Of a DNA stretch of 59,975 bases, positions 9,049 through 18,200 are shown piece by piece. Origin of the DNA: a virus (taxonomy: Duplodnaviria > Caudoviricetes); the IMG/VR virus record IMGVR_UViG_3300033067_002221, positions 1 to 59,975 of that record; one strand, written 5' to 3'. Below the pieces are notes generated by a model. That model ran no database searches. It saw only the letters and a program-made list of their open reading frames with translations, and was not told where the DNA came from. Both the position numbers and the translations under genes were made by a program. Position 1 is the stretch's first letter. The number at the start of each line of letters is the position of its first letter.

Positions 9049-9488
9049 AGATCGAGATCGACGGCTGGCGCGGCTACGTGAGCGCGCCCGAAGTGCGCTG
9101 GTCCGGGTTCGGCGCGCTGCACGTGTTGGCGCACCCGCGCGACCGCTTCGTGTGTGACCCGCCGCCGCCGTTCCTGCCCCTCTCGACGCCGGGCTTCGAA
9201 GACGCGGCGGCCGCGTTCGTCGCTGCCGTCGCCGACAAGGGCGTCGAGGCGGCCACCGCCGCCGCGCGCGCCGATGGCTTCGAGCCGAGCGACGCCGACA
9301 TCGCTGCGGCGGTCGCGACCCCTGCGCCGGCCCCCGCCGCCGACGCCCCGAAGCGCGCGCGCCGTGCGCCCGCGGCGACCCCGCCGCCGGCGGATGCACC
9401 TGCCGCCGATCCGGCTGCCACTGCGGAGCCCGCGCCCGCCACCTCCACCGCCGCCGACGCCCCGACGGACAAGTCGAGCCAGCCGTGA
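9045..9488 (+). CDS. hypothetical protein with Ala/Pro-rich tail
   Basis: ATGA overlap with terL. Confidence 0.6.
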   Translation: MKIEIDGWRGYVSAPEVRWSGFGALHVLAHPRDRFVCDPPPPFLPLSTPGFEDAAAAFVAAVADKGVEAATAAARADGFEPSDADIAAAVATPAPAPAADAPKRARRAPAATPPPADAPAADPAATAEPAPATSTAADAPTDKSSQP

Positions 9489-9913
9489 GCGCGACCACCA
9501 CCCGCAAGACCTTCGCCCAGGTGTCACCCGCGGCGCAGTCGGCCGTCGTCCTCGGCGCGCTCACGAACATCGCGCGCTGCGACAACGTCTCGGTCATCTG
9601 GACCAGCCTCGGAGCGACCGGCGGCCCGCTCGACCTGTACGTGCAGGCCAAGGACGGCGGCGGCAACTGGTACGACGTCGCGCACTTCCCGCAGGTCGCC
9701 GCGGCGGCCGGCGCCTCCACGCGCCAGCTCTCGATCTCGCGCGTGAACACGAAGGCGACGAGCACCGTCACGGGCGACAAGGCGCTCGCCGCCGACACCG
9801 TCGTGCACGGCGACTTCGGCGACCAGCTGCAGTTCGTGCTCGTCGCGGGCGCCAGCACCTCCGCGGGCGCCGCGCAGACCGTGTCCGCTCTCGCGTCGCG
9901 CACCGCCGCCTGA
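9485..9913 (+). CDS. putative virion structural (decoration-like) protein
   Basis: Beta-rich A/T/V/G composition; LYVQAKDGGGNWYDV. Confidence 0.55.
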   Translation: MSATTTRKTFAQVSPAAQSAVVLGALTNIARCDNVSVIWTSLGATGGPLDLYVQAKDGGGNWYDVAHFPQVAAAAGASTRQLSISRVNTKATSTVTGDKALAADTVVHGDFGDQLQFVLVAGASTSAGAAQTVSALASRTAA

Positions 9914-9919
9914 TCCCCC

Positions 9920-11680
9920 ATGACGCTCGCGATCGCGCCCGAGTTCAATGCCCGCACGGCGCGCTACCGGCGGCTCGCGCGCTTCATCGCGTACACCGAA
10001 AGCACGCAGTACGCCGGCCGCCCCGACTGGTGGACTGGCGGCCGTGACCGCGCGCCGCTCCGCGAGCGCGCGCCGTGCATCATCTACCCCCTGCCGAAGA
10101 ACGCGGCGCTCGAGGCGACGCGCTTCACGTTCGGCGAGGGGCGCTTCCCGAAGGTCGTCGTTCGCGCCGAGGAGGCCGACACGGCCGTCGGCGGCTTCGG
10201 CCTGAGCGACGACGAGGCCGAGGCGCTGCAGCGCGGCGTCGCCGACCTCGTCGAGCAGGCGCAGCTCAAGACCGGGATGCGCACGCTGCTGCTCGGCGGC
10301 CTCACGGCCTGCACGGCGGTGGCGCTGCTCTCGGTCCGCGACGGCAAGTTCTGCGTCGACTACGCCCGTGCGCTCGACTGCATCCCGACCTTCAAGCGCG
10401 CCGGCGATCCGACGTCGCCGGTCGTCGCGCTCACGTGGACGTACCAGTACGCATCCGAGGAGCCCGACGCGCGCACTGGAGAGCCGAAGCAGGTCCAGCG
10501 CTACTTCCGGCGCGACATCACCGAGCTCGAGGTCATCGACTACGAGCCCGAGGAGGTCGTGCAGGGCAAGCGCCCGCGCTGGACCGAGTCGGCGCGCGAG
10601 GCGCACGGCTTCTCGTTCTGCCCGGTCGTCTGGATCCGCAACCTCCCGAGCGAGCACCGAGGCGACATCGACGGCACCTCGCTGCTCGACAGCCTGTTCG
10701 ACGAGTTCGACTCGCTCAACCTCGCGCTGTCGCAGCGGCACCGCGGGATCATGTTCTTCGGCGTCCCCCAGCCGTGGGAGACCGGCGTCGACGAGGACGA
10801 CGGCCCCGGCGCCACTGGGCGCACGTCGTCTCCCGCCGGCTACTCGGCGGCGCCTGCGGGCGCGCTCGCTCCGGTCGGCGCAGTCGCGCGCGGCGGCGTC
10901 TGCGCCCCCTCGACCACGGTGGGCGCTCGCAAGATCGCGCCGGACTCGATCTGGTCCTACCAGGGCGAGAACGTGAAGGTCGGCCTGGTCGAGACGACCG
11001 GCAAGGCGTTCGAGGTCGCGACCGCCCACGTCGACGACATCAGCGCGCGCCTGAAGCAGTCGATGGGCGTCGTGCTCGCGAACGCGGCCGACGTGCTCGG
11101 CAAGGGCGACATGAGCGCGAAGTTCCTCGCGCTCGTCTACGCCCCGCTGCTCGCCCTGGTCGACGACCTGCGCGAGTGCTGGTGGGGCGCGGGGCTGCAG
11201 CCGATCCTGCAGATGCTCCTGCGGATGGTCGCCGAGCTCGACGGCAAGACGCTGCTCCTCCGCAACGCGCGCGGGCTCGCGGCGATCCTCAAGGGCCGCA
11301 CGATGGCCGTCGAGGGCGGCTCGATGTGGCTGCCGCCGCCGATGCACCCCGTCTGGGGGCCGTACTTCTCCGCGTCCGACGACGAGGTCGGCAAAGCCGT
11401 CGACGCCGCGCAGAAGGCCAAGGACGCGAAGCTCGTCTCCGACAAGACCGCGGTCACGTACGTGGCGAACCACTTCGGCGTCGAGGACGTCGAGGAGGAG
11501 CGCGAGGCCATCGAGGAGGATGCGGAGACCGCCGCCACCTCGCACGCCGACAGCTTCGGCGCGGCGGTGCAGCGGCTCGCGACGCCCACGGCGGACGGCA
11601 AGCCCAACGGCGCGCCCGAGGCCGACGACACCGAAGACGACGACGAGCCCGCGCCCGCGAGCGAGCGCGCCGAGGCGTAG
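9920..11680 (+). CDS. portal protein
   Basis: 586 aa after terminase; FSFCPVVWIRN, LVSDKTAV and acidic tail are typical of SPP1-like portals. Confidence 0.85.
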   Translation: MTLAIAPEFNARTARYRRLARFIAYTESTQYAGRPDWWTGGRDRAPLRERAPCIIYPLPKNAALEATRFTFGEGRFPKVVVRAEEADTAVGGFGLSDDEAEALQRGVADLVEQAQLKTGMRTLLLGGLTACTAVALLSVRDGKFCVDYARALDCIPTFKRAGDPTSPVVALTWTYQYASEEPDARTGEPKQVQRYFRRDITELEVIDYEPEEVVQGKRPRWTESAREAHGFSFCPVVWIRNLPSEHRGDIDGTSLLDSLFDEFDSLNLALSQRHRGIMFFGVPQPWETGVDEDDGPGATGRTSSPAGYSAAPAGALAPVGAVARGGVCAPSTTVGARKIAPDSIWSYQGENVKVGLVETTGKAFEVATAHVDDISARLKQSMGVVLANAADVLGKGDMSAKFLALVYAPLLALVDDLRECWWGAGLQPILQMLLRMVAELDGKTLLLRNARGLAAILKGRTMAVEGGSMWLPPPMHPVWGPYFSASDDEVGKAVDAAQKAKDAKLVSDKTAVTYVANHFGVEDVEEEREAIEEDAETAATSHADSFGAAVQRLATPTADGKPNGAPEADDTEDDDEPAPASERAEA

Positions 11681-11683
11681 CCC

Positions 11684-12427
11684 GTGGCCGCTGGCACTCG
11701 ACGCACGGCCACCGCGCTCCTGACGACCGAGGCCGCGCTGCTCGCTCGCATGCGCGCCGCGGTCGAGACCATCGCGGCGCAGCACTTCACGACCGACGCG
11801 CGCACCGAGGCGATCTACGCGCGGATCAACCAGGCCGCCGCGGCGATGCAGCGGCACCTGCCGGCCGTCGTCGCCGCCGGGCGCACCGACGCGCGCAACG
11901 CGGGGCTCCGGGCGCTCCACGCGGACGCCGACCGCCTGCGCAAGGCGCTCGTCGCGAACGGCGAGCCAGACACCCTCCCCGAGCTCCCGCCCCTCTCCGA
12001 CTCCCTCGCGGCCGACGCCGAGCGTGGCAAGTCCACGGCGATGGCGCTTGCCGGCGCGTGGCACACGGCGGCGACCGGCGCGATCGTCACCGCCACCGCC
12101 GGCACGACGATGCGCGCGGTGACCAAGGCCGCGAACGCCGCGGTCACGCACAACATCGAGCGGATCGCGGCGAACGAGAACGCGCACGCTTTCAACGACG
12201 AGCGCACTCGAGCGGCGCACGCCATCGCGCAGGCTGCGGGGCTGCACCTGCGGCGTGAGTGGAACGCCATCCTCGACGACCGCACGTGCGACGTCTGCGG
12301 CGCGCTCGACGGCGTCGTGCGCTGGGATCACGAGCCTTTCGGCTCCGTCGGTTCGAGCCCGCCGGCCCACGTGCACTGCCGCTGTTTCGTGACCGAGTCC
12401 TGGCACGCGCGCACGAACGACACCTGA
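11684..12427 (+). CDS. head morphogenesis protein (SPP1 gp7/MuF-like)
   Basis: REWNAILDDRTCDVCGALDG...PPAHVHCRC signature. Confidence 0.9.
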   Translation: MAAGTRRTATALLTTEAALLARMRAAVETIAAQHFTTDARTEAIYARINQAAAAMQRHLPAVVAAGRTDARNAGLRALHADADRLRKALVANGEPDTLPELPPLSDSLAADAERGKSTAMALAGAWHTAATGAIVTATAGTTMRAVTKAANAAVTHNIERIAANENAHAFNDERTRAAHAIAQAAGLHLRREWNAILDDRTCDVCGALDGVVRWDHEPFGSVGSSPPAHVHCRCFVTESWHARTNDT

Positions 12428-12522
12428 CCGCCATTTGGGCGAGTCGGCACATCCGCCGCGCGTGACCGCGCGTGGCTTCGCCCGGCCACGGCCGGACCAC
12501 CACCACCGAGAGGCACTGAGTC

Positions 12523-12924
12523 ATGGCCGTTACCAACGGGACCGCGATCTCCGTCGACACCGTCGTCGCCAACTACATGGGCGACGCGAAGGGTCTGCAG
12601 ATCGCCCGCATCCTCTTCACGCACGACTCGACGACCAACTACGACACCGCCGCGCACGGCAAGCTGCTCGGCGTCGCCGCGCTGATCTCCGCGAGCCGCC
12701 GCAACGGCCGCACCATCACGCTCGCCGGTGGCTGCATGCTCGCGCAGCACGCGACGAAGGCGAGCGACCAGAGCGTGCTCGGCCTCGCGTCGGTGGCCGT
12801 GTCGACCGCGGACATCGCGTACAACGTCACGACCTCGGACTACTCGACCGAGATCACGAACGGCGTTCCGTGCGCGGCGCAGGACCAGCCCTTCGGCATC
12901 CTGGTCGGGTTCTACGAGACCTGA
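12523..12924 (+). CDS. putative virion structural protein
   Basis: RBS GAGAGG; beta-rich composition; head module. Confidence 0.55.
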   Translation: MAVTNGTAISVDTVVANYMGDAKGLQIARILFTHDSTTNYDTAAHGKLLGVAALISASRRNGRTITLAGGCMLAQHATKASDQSVLGLASVAVSTADIAYNVTTSDYSTEITNGVPCAAQDQPFGILVGFYET

Positions 12925-13025
12925 TCGCCGCGTCGTGACTGGCTGACATGCCAGCGGCCTGCGGCGCGCCGGAAGCGCCGCACCCCCATCGCTCTCGGCA
13001 GCGACATGCCGAGTAGGGAGTTCAC

Positions 13026-13724
13026 GTGACCGACCTCGCTGGCGCCCCCGCGGCGCCGGGTGGGCAGAGCCTCGCCCAGCCCATCCCCGCCATCATCCAG
13101 CCGCAGGCGACGCCCGCCGCGGCGCCTGCCGCTGTCCCCGCGTTCGAGCCCGCCAAGGCGCCGATCGGCATCACCTCCGATCAGCTGGCTCAGCGCCTCG
13201 AGGAGACGCGTCGAACGGCCGAAGCCGCGACGCTCAAGGGGCTCGGCTTCGAGACCCGAGAGCAGGCCGACGCGTACCTCAAGTCCGCGAAGGCGCTGCA
13301 GCAGGCGCAGATGAGCGAGCAGGAGAAGCTCGCCGCTCGCGTGAAGGAGCTCGAGCCGCTCGCGCAGCAGGCCGAGACCTACCGCGCCCACTTCGCCGCG
13401 GTGGTCGAGACGCAGTTCGCTGCGCTCCCCGACGCCGCGAAGACCGCGATCGACGCCAGCGCGAAGGGCGACCCCGCCAAGCGCGCCGAGCTCATGAACG
13501 TGATGCGCGCGGCCGGCCTGCTGAATGGCAGTCCCGCGGCGCCTCCACCCGCTCCTGCCCCCGCGAACGCGGGCGCGGGACAGGGCGCTCCGCCGAAGCC
13601 GACCAACGCGCAGACCCCGTACGACCAGTGGAATGCACTCGTCGCTGCGGGCAAGCAGACGCACGCCGACATCTTCTACCAGGCCAACGCGCCCGCCATC
13701 AACGCGAGCCGTCCGGCCACCTGA
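13026..13724 (+). CDS. capsid scaffolding protein
   Basis: Coiled coil (QMSEQEKLAARVKELE) with Pro/Ala linkers, immediately upstream of the major capsid gene. Confidence 0.75.
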   Translation: MTDLAGAPAAPGGQSLAQPIPAIIQPQATPAAAPAAVPAFEPAKAPIGITSDQLAQRLEETRRTAEAATLKGLGFETREQADAYLKSAKALQQAQMSEQEKLAARVKELEPLAQQAETYRAHFAAVVETQFAALPDAAKTAIDASAKGDPAKRAELMNVMRAAGLLNGSPAAPPPAPAPANAGAGQGAPPKPTNAQTPYDQWNALVAAGKQTHADIFYQANAPAINASRPAT

Positions 13725-13768
13725 CCGCCCTTCGCTGACGAGGGCATTGACCCGAAAGGCATCCATCG

Positions 13769-14905
13769 ATGTCCTCGATCAACCGATCGACTCTCCCGCA
13801 GAACTTCCTCGACAGCGTGTCGAGCGGCATCCGGCTCCCGACCCCCGAGCCGCAGTACTTCTTCGCGAAGATGGCGATGGCCGCGCGCCTGAGCCTCGCC
13901 GCGATCGACGCCGGTCTGCCGACCGCGCAGCAGTTCGTGTCGATGGCCGGCGGCGGCGCCGTGCTGCCGCCCGACCTCGCCGAGATGGCGCGCGCGGCCG
14001 ACGCCTACCCGGGCGCGCTCTTCGCGATCGACGACTTCGGCAAGGGCATGGGGGACACGATCAAGTTCCGCCGTGACCAGTACAACGGCGGCGGCTTCGA
14101 CGAGGCGAGCCGCATCCTCGCGACCAACTCGGCGATCTCGACGACCGGCCAGGCGATCTCGATGGAAGAGGTCCCGGTCGTGCTGAAGCAGTTCTACGGC
14201 CCCATGGCCGCGGGCGCGACGGCTCCGGCGCCGTACCAGATCCCCGAGTTCGACGCGAAGTACCGCGCGAACCGCGAGGCCCTCTCGAGCGTCGCCACGC
14301 GCTACCTGCGTCGCGACTACACGAAGTGGATCGACGCGGTCCTCCGCGATAAGTTCCGCGCGTCGACGAACATCACCTACGCCGACCCGGCGGTGGTGGC
14401 GAACGTCCTTGGCTTCACCGCCGGCGCGGGCCACCTGCTCTCGCTCGAGACCATCCTGGCGGCCCGCAAGGCCATCAGCGACCGCGAGTGGCAGCGCTTC
14501 CCGAACGGGCGCTACATGCTGCTCGTCCCGACGAAGTTCAACACCGACATCGCGCAGGACATCGACTACCGCGAGCTGTCGTGCGTCCACGAGGACGGGC
14601 GCAACCTGCTTTACGGCTACGTCGCGAGCATCCAGGACATCGATATCTTCGAGGTCACGACGCTCAAGGCCTACGCCGCGGGCGACACGGTCCCGGGCGA
14701 CGGCAACGCGGTCCCCGCGAGCTCGTCGGTCCAGGAGTCGCTGCTCATCGGCCCCGGCGCCGTCGGCTTCGGCACCGGCCTCGCGCCCGAGGCGCGCTGG
14801 GCGGACGACACCAACTACGGGACGATCGCGAAATGCATCTGGTACGCGCTCCACGCGTTCGAGCTGCTCGACACGCGCGGCGTCCAGCGGATCCTCTCGC
14901 AGTAA
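13769..14905 (+). CDS. major capsid protein
   Basis: 378 aa; GKGMGDTIKFRR, GRYMLLVP and DDTNYG...IWYA resemble N4-gp56/P22-like coat proteins; synteny. Confidence 0.85.
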   Translation: MSSINRSTLPQNFLDSVSSGIRLPTPEPQYFFAKMAMAARLSLAAIDAGLPTAQQFVSMAGGGAVLPPDLAEMARAADAYPGALFAIDDFGKGMGDTIKFRRDQYNGGGFDEASRILATNSAISTTGQAISMEEVPVVLKQFYGPMAAGATAPAPYQIPEFDAKYRANREALSSVATRYLRRDYTKWIDAVLRDKFRASTNITYADPAVVANVLGFTAGAGHLLSLETILAARKAISDREWQRFPNGRYMLLVPTKFNTDIAQDIDYRELSCVHEDGRNLLYGYVASIQDIDIFEVTTLKAYAAGDTVPGDGNAVPASSSVQESLLIGPGAVGFGTGLAPEARWADDTNYGTIAKCIWYALHAFELLDTRGVQRILSQ

Positions 14906-14931
14906 TCGCGAGCTGAGAAGGGACGACCCAG

Positions 14932-15309
14932 ATGGCTTCGAGCTTCGCGAACCGCACGCAGAACCTGCGAGCGGCGGCAATCCTCACGAACGGCGAGGTG
15001 TTCTCCTCGTCGTTCGACCTCAACCAGACCGACGGCGCTGCGGCCACGCTGCGCATCCGGTTCACCAAGGGGTCCCTCACCAACGGGATCTTCAAGTTCT
15101 ACGTCAGCGGCGACGGCTCGACGTGGAGCACGCTCGAGGACGGCGCGGGCAACGTCTCGCGCACGCTGACGGCGGACACCGACGAGTGCCTCGTGCTGTG
15201 GGCGCCGGGGAAGAAGTTCCTCCGCATCGGCGTCACCGGCACCGGCACCGTCACCGGCTCGACGTCGACCATCGACGCCTGGTGGCTCCGCAAGGGCTCG
15301 CAGCGCTGA
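14932..15309 (+). CDS. putative capsid decoration protein
   Basis: Follows the capsid gene; FYVSGDGSTW and KKFLRIGVT suggest a beta-sandwich. Confidence 0.55.
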   Translation: MASSFANRTQNLRAAAILTNGEVFSSSFDLNQTDGAAATLRIRFTKGSLTNGIFKFYVSGDGSTWSTLEDGAGNVSRTLTADTDECLVLWAPGKKFLRIGVTGTGTVTGSTSTIDAWWLRKGSQR

Positions 15310-15332
15310 TCCGGAAGTAGGGAGCACGCACC

Positions 15333-15947
15333 ATGGGCACGTCTGCCGTATCCACTGCGGAGATCGAGGCGACTCGATTCCACCTCGGCTACGGCAACGT
15401 GCTCGTGTCCGCGTACCCCTACACTCCTGATGGCTTCTTGGAGGTCTTTCGGCAGGTCATCCAGCCGAACCTGCAGGCCGGCGCCGAGACGTCCGCCACG
15501 ACCGCCATCGCGGCGGGCGCATCGGTCGCCGTGACCCCGCTCGACATGACGGGGATCGCACCGTACGTGCGCCTCGTCGTCGACGTCGGACCTGCGCAGG
15601 AGATCGTCACGGTCGCCGTCGTGACGCTCGCGACGTTCACCGCGACGTTCGTGAACGCGCACGCGGCGGCGGGCTACCCGATCGCCGTCGAGAGCGGCGT
15701 GACGCGCCTGCGCACGCTGCTCGCGTCGCTGACGACGTGCTGGGCGCGCATCCAGTCGCCGAGCATCGCGAACCGCGCGGGCATCGCGAAGGTCGACGAG
15801 ATCGAGTTCCAGACCTTCAACGGCAAGAACCTCGCTCTGCGCGGCGCGCGCGAGCAATACCGCCAGCTCCAGGCCGACCTCTCCTCGCTCGTTCGCGTCC
15901 CCGTCCGGCAGGAGTCGGGCGGCCGCGGGCAGCTCGAGGTCTACTAG
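15333..15947 (+). CDS. head-tail adaptor (putative)
   Basis: Synteny; EIEATRFHLGY and IAKVDEIEF. Confidence 0.6.
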   Translation: MGTSAVSTAEIEATRFHLGYGNVLVSAYPYTPDGFLEVFRQVIQPNLQAGAETSATTAIAAGASVAVTPLDMTGIAPYVRLVVDVGPAQEIVTVAVVTLATFTATFVNAHAAAGYPIAVESGVTRLRTLLASLTTCWARIQSPSIANRAGIAKVDEIEFQTFNGKNLALRGAREQYRQLQADLSSLVRVPVRQESGGRGQLEVY

Positions 15948-15949
15948 CC

Positions 15950-16423
15950 GTGTCGCTCCGCGACGACCTGCTCTCGGACGTCGACGACATCCGCGGCATC
16001 CCCGGCGAGCTCGGCGTGCGACTCTTCTCCGTCTCAGTGCTCGTGCGCACGTGGACCGGCGCGCGCCCCAACGCGCCCGGCTCGACGAAGACGGACGTCG
16101 TCACGCCGATCAAGACAGGGCTGGGCGCGCAGGACGTGAAGGTGCGCAACCTCACGAGCCGCGACGTCATCGCCTCGGGCGGCGCGTACAACGATCAGGA
16201 CCTCGAGATCGGGCCCATCACGCCCCCCTTCCCGGGCGTCGACGAAGGCAACGCGATCAGCGAGTGGGAGACGTCCACGACGACCACCGCGCGCGAGGTC
16301 TTCTACCTCGTCGAGGGCCCCGGCACGCGCGTCGGCGGCGACCTCTACTACAAGATCAACACGAAGACCGACCGCGCGTTCCGCTACGTGCTGACGCTGC
16401 GGCGGGTCGGCGCTACTCAATGA
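15950..16423 (+). CDS. head closure/neck protein (putative)
   Basis: Synteny; beta-rich 157 aa. Confidence 0.55.
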   Translation: MSLRDDLLSDVDDIRGIPGELGVRLFSVSVLVRTWTGARPNAPGSTKTDVVTPIKTGLGAQDVKVRNLTSRDVIASGGAYNDQDLEIGPITPPFPGVDEGNAISEWETSTTTTAREVFYLVEGPGTRVGGDLYYKINTKTDRAFRYVLTLRRVGATQ

Positions 16424-16902
16424 CCATCGACGCGGCCGCCTACCTCCGCGACATGGCAGCCGCGCGCGTCGAGTTCCCCCGCGCCGCGCGCGAGGTGGTC
16501 GCTCGACTCGCGGACGCAGGCGCGCAGCAGGCGACGTCCTCGACGCTGTTCAAGGATCGCTCTGGCGACCTGAGGCGCCGCATCTACTCGCGCGAGGAAG
16601 GCGGCGGCTTCGCGGTCGTCGCCGACACGCCCTACGCGTTCTGGGTCCAGAACGGGCGCGGCCCGGTCACCGCAGGCTCGCGCGGCGTGCTCGTCTCGCA
16701 CCGCGGCAAGTCGGCCGTGCATCGCGTCGGCACCGGCATGCGCATGCTGCGCTTCGTGGTGAACGGGCAGGTCTTCTTCCGCCGCTCGGTGCGCGCCGCC
16801 GCGCCGCGGCCCTTCATGCCCGATGGCAACACGAACGACGGCGACCTCGACCTCGAGCTCGACGCCATCGCCGACGAAGTGCTCTCGCCGCTCTGGAGCT
16901 GA
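16420..16902 (+). CDS. HK97 gp10-like tail completion protein
   Basis: DRSGDLRRRI, TPYAFWVQNG, APRPFM motifs. Confidence 0.75.
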   Translation: MTIDAAAYLRDMAAARVEFPRAAREVVARLADAGAQQATSSTLFKDRSGDLRRRIYSREEGGGFAVVADTPYAFWVQNGRGPVTAGSRGVLVSHRGKSAVHRVGTGMRMLRFVVNGQVFFRRSVRAAAPRPFMPDGNTNDGDLDLELDAIADEVLSPLWS

Positions 16903-16905
16903 CCC

Positions 16906-17712
16906 GTGACCGCACCGCTCGCACCCGGCGCTGGCGCATCCCCCGCCGGCACGTCGCCGGCCGGGCTCGGCGCGCCCGCGGACTACCCCGAGTGGGCGAC
17001 GTTCGGCGTCGGATCGGTCACCTACCCGCTCACCGCCGACACGACGAACGGCACGCTCGCTGACGCCGACCCGACGATCGGCGCGACGCTCGACTACCTC
17101 GAGTGGGCGCTCGGCTTCTACATGGGCGCGCGCTGGACGGCGGAGTGCAACGCGCTCGGCATGGCGCCCGAGATCGGCGCCGCGCCCGTCGCGTACAAGG
17201 TCCCGTACGACCCGAGCGACTACCTCGTCGAGCAGCAGGTGAAGCTCCCGCTGCTCGCGGTGTTCCGCACGCGGCAGACCAACCTCGACTGGACGATCAA
17301 CTACATCGCCGAGCGTGGCGAGTGGTCGATCGCGTGGGTGATGCCGCCGCTGACGAGCGGGCAGCTCGAGCGACTGTGGCCGTTCACGCGCGCCGCCGCG
17401 GCGATCATCTCGCACGCGCTCTCGGTGCTCGAGGACCCCAACTGGCAGTCGGGCGCACAGGCGCTCGCCGCCGTCGGCGCGATGAACGTCGAGGTCATCG
17501 ACTCGGTCTACGGCAAGGCGCAGGTGATGGGCGCGAACACCAACCTCGTGATGCCCGGGATCCAGATGCGGATCGCGGTGACCGAGATGGGCGCGCCGGT
17601 GCCGGACGCGTTCGCACCGATCGACTCCTCCGACACGAACATGAACCTGACCACCGTCGACGGGACTTCGACCGTCATCGACGTCGCGCAGGTCCGCTCC
17701 ACCAACCCCTGA
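16906..17712 (+). CDS. tail terminator/completion protein (putative)
   Basis: Synteny before sheath; LPLLAVFR. Confidence 0.5.
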   Translation: MTAPLAPGAGASPAGTSPAGLGAPADYPEWATFGVGSVTYPLTADTTNGTLADADPTIGATLDYLEWALGFYMGARWTAECNALGMAPEIGAAPVAYKVPYDPSDYLVEQQVKLPLLAVFRTRQTNLDWTINYIAERGEWSIAWVMPPLTSGQLERLWPFTRAAAAIISHALSVLEDPNWQSGAQALAAVGAMNVEVIDSVYGKAQVMGANTNLVMPGIQMRIAVTEMGAPVPDAFAPIDSSDTNMNLTTVDGTSTVIDVAQVRSTNP

Positions 17713-17722
17713 GGTTGTCCCC

Positions 17723-18139
17723 ATGCCCACGCTGAAGGTTCGCGCTCGAGTGAGCGCGTCGAAGGGGCGCTACGCCCTCGTCCCGCGCTACGAGGTCGTC
17801 GACGCGGTGTTCTCGGGCTTGCGCAAGTTCCCCGACTACGTCGGCATGTCGCTCTTCTTCGACGAGAAGGAGCGCGCGGGCTTCAAGCCGAGCGGCGTCG
17901 TCGAGATCGAGGACACGCACTTGCACCGGCAGCACGTCGTCGAGGGCGACCTCTGGGCCGCCGACGAAGCGACCGCGAAGGCGTGCGGCGTGAAGTTCGA
18001 TCCGGCCTTCGGGAACGACGAGTTCGTCGCGAAGGAGATCGCGGAGAACGCCGCGCAGCCTGCGCCTTCGGCCGTCGCTCCGACCGAGCCTGCGCCGGCC
18101 ACCGAGCCCGCCGAGCCGACGCCCCCCGCCGCGGCCTGA
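17723..18139 (+). CDS. hypothetical tail-associated protein
   Basis: RBS GAGG; directly before sheath. Confidence 0.6.
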   Translation: MPTLKVRARVSASKGRYALVPRYEVVDAVFSGLRKFPDYVGMSLFFDEKERAGFKPSGVVEIEDTHLHRQHVVEGDLWAADEATAKACGVKFDPAFGNDEFVAKEIAENAAQPAPSAVAPTEPAPATEPAEPTPPAAA

Positions 18140-18200
18140 GTCGCGCACCCCGCCAACCTGACAGACCCGCAGCCGAGCGCCGCGGGGTGGAGACACGCAC

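Noticed and set aside
7627-12406. Very long antisense and alternate-frame ORFs (for example 9524-12406, 17883-19880, 49876-52149)
   Set aside because: Arg/Ala/Pro-rich shadow ORFs expected at this GC content, overlapping genes with clear motifs
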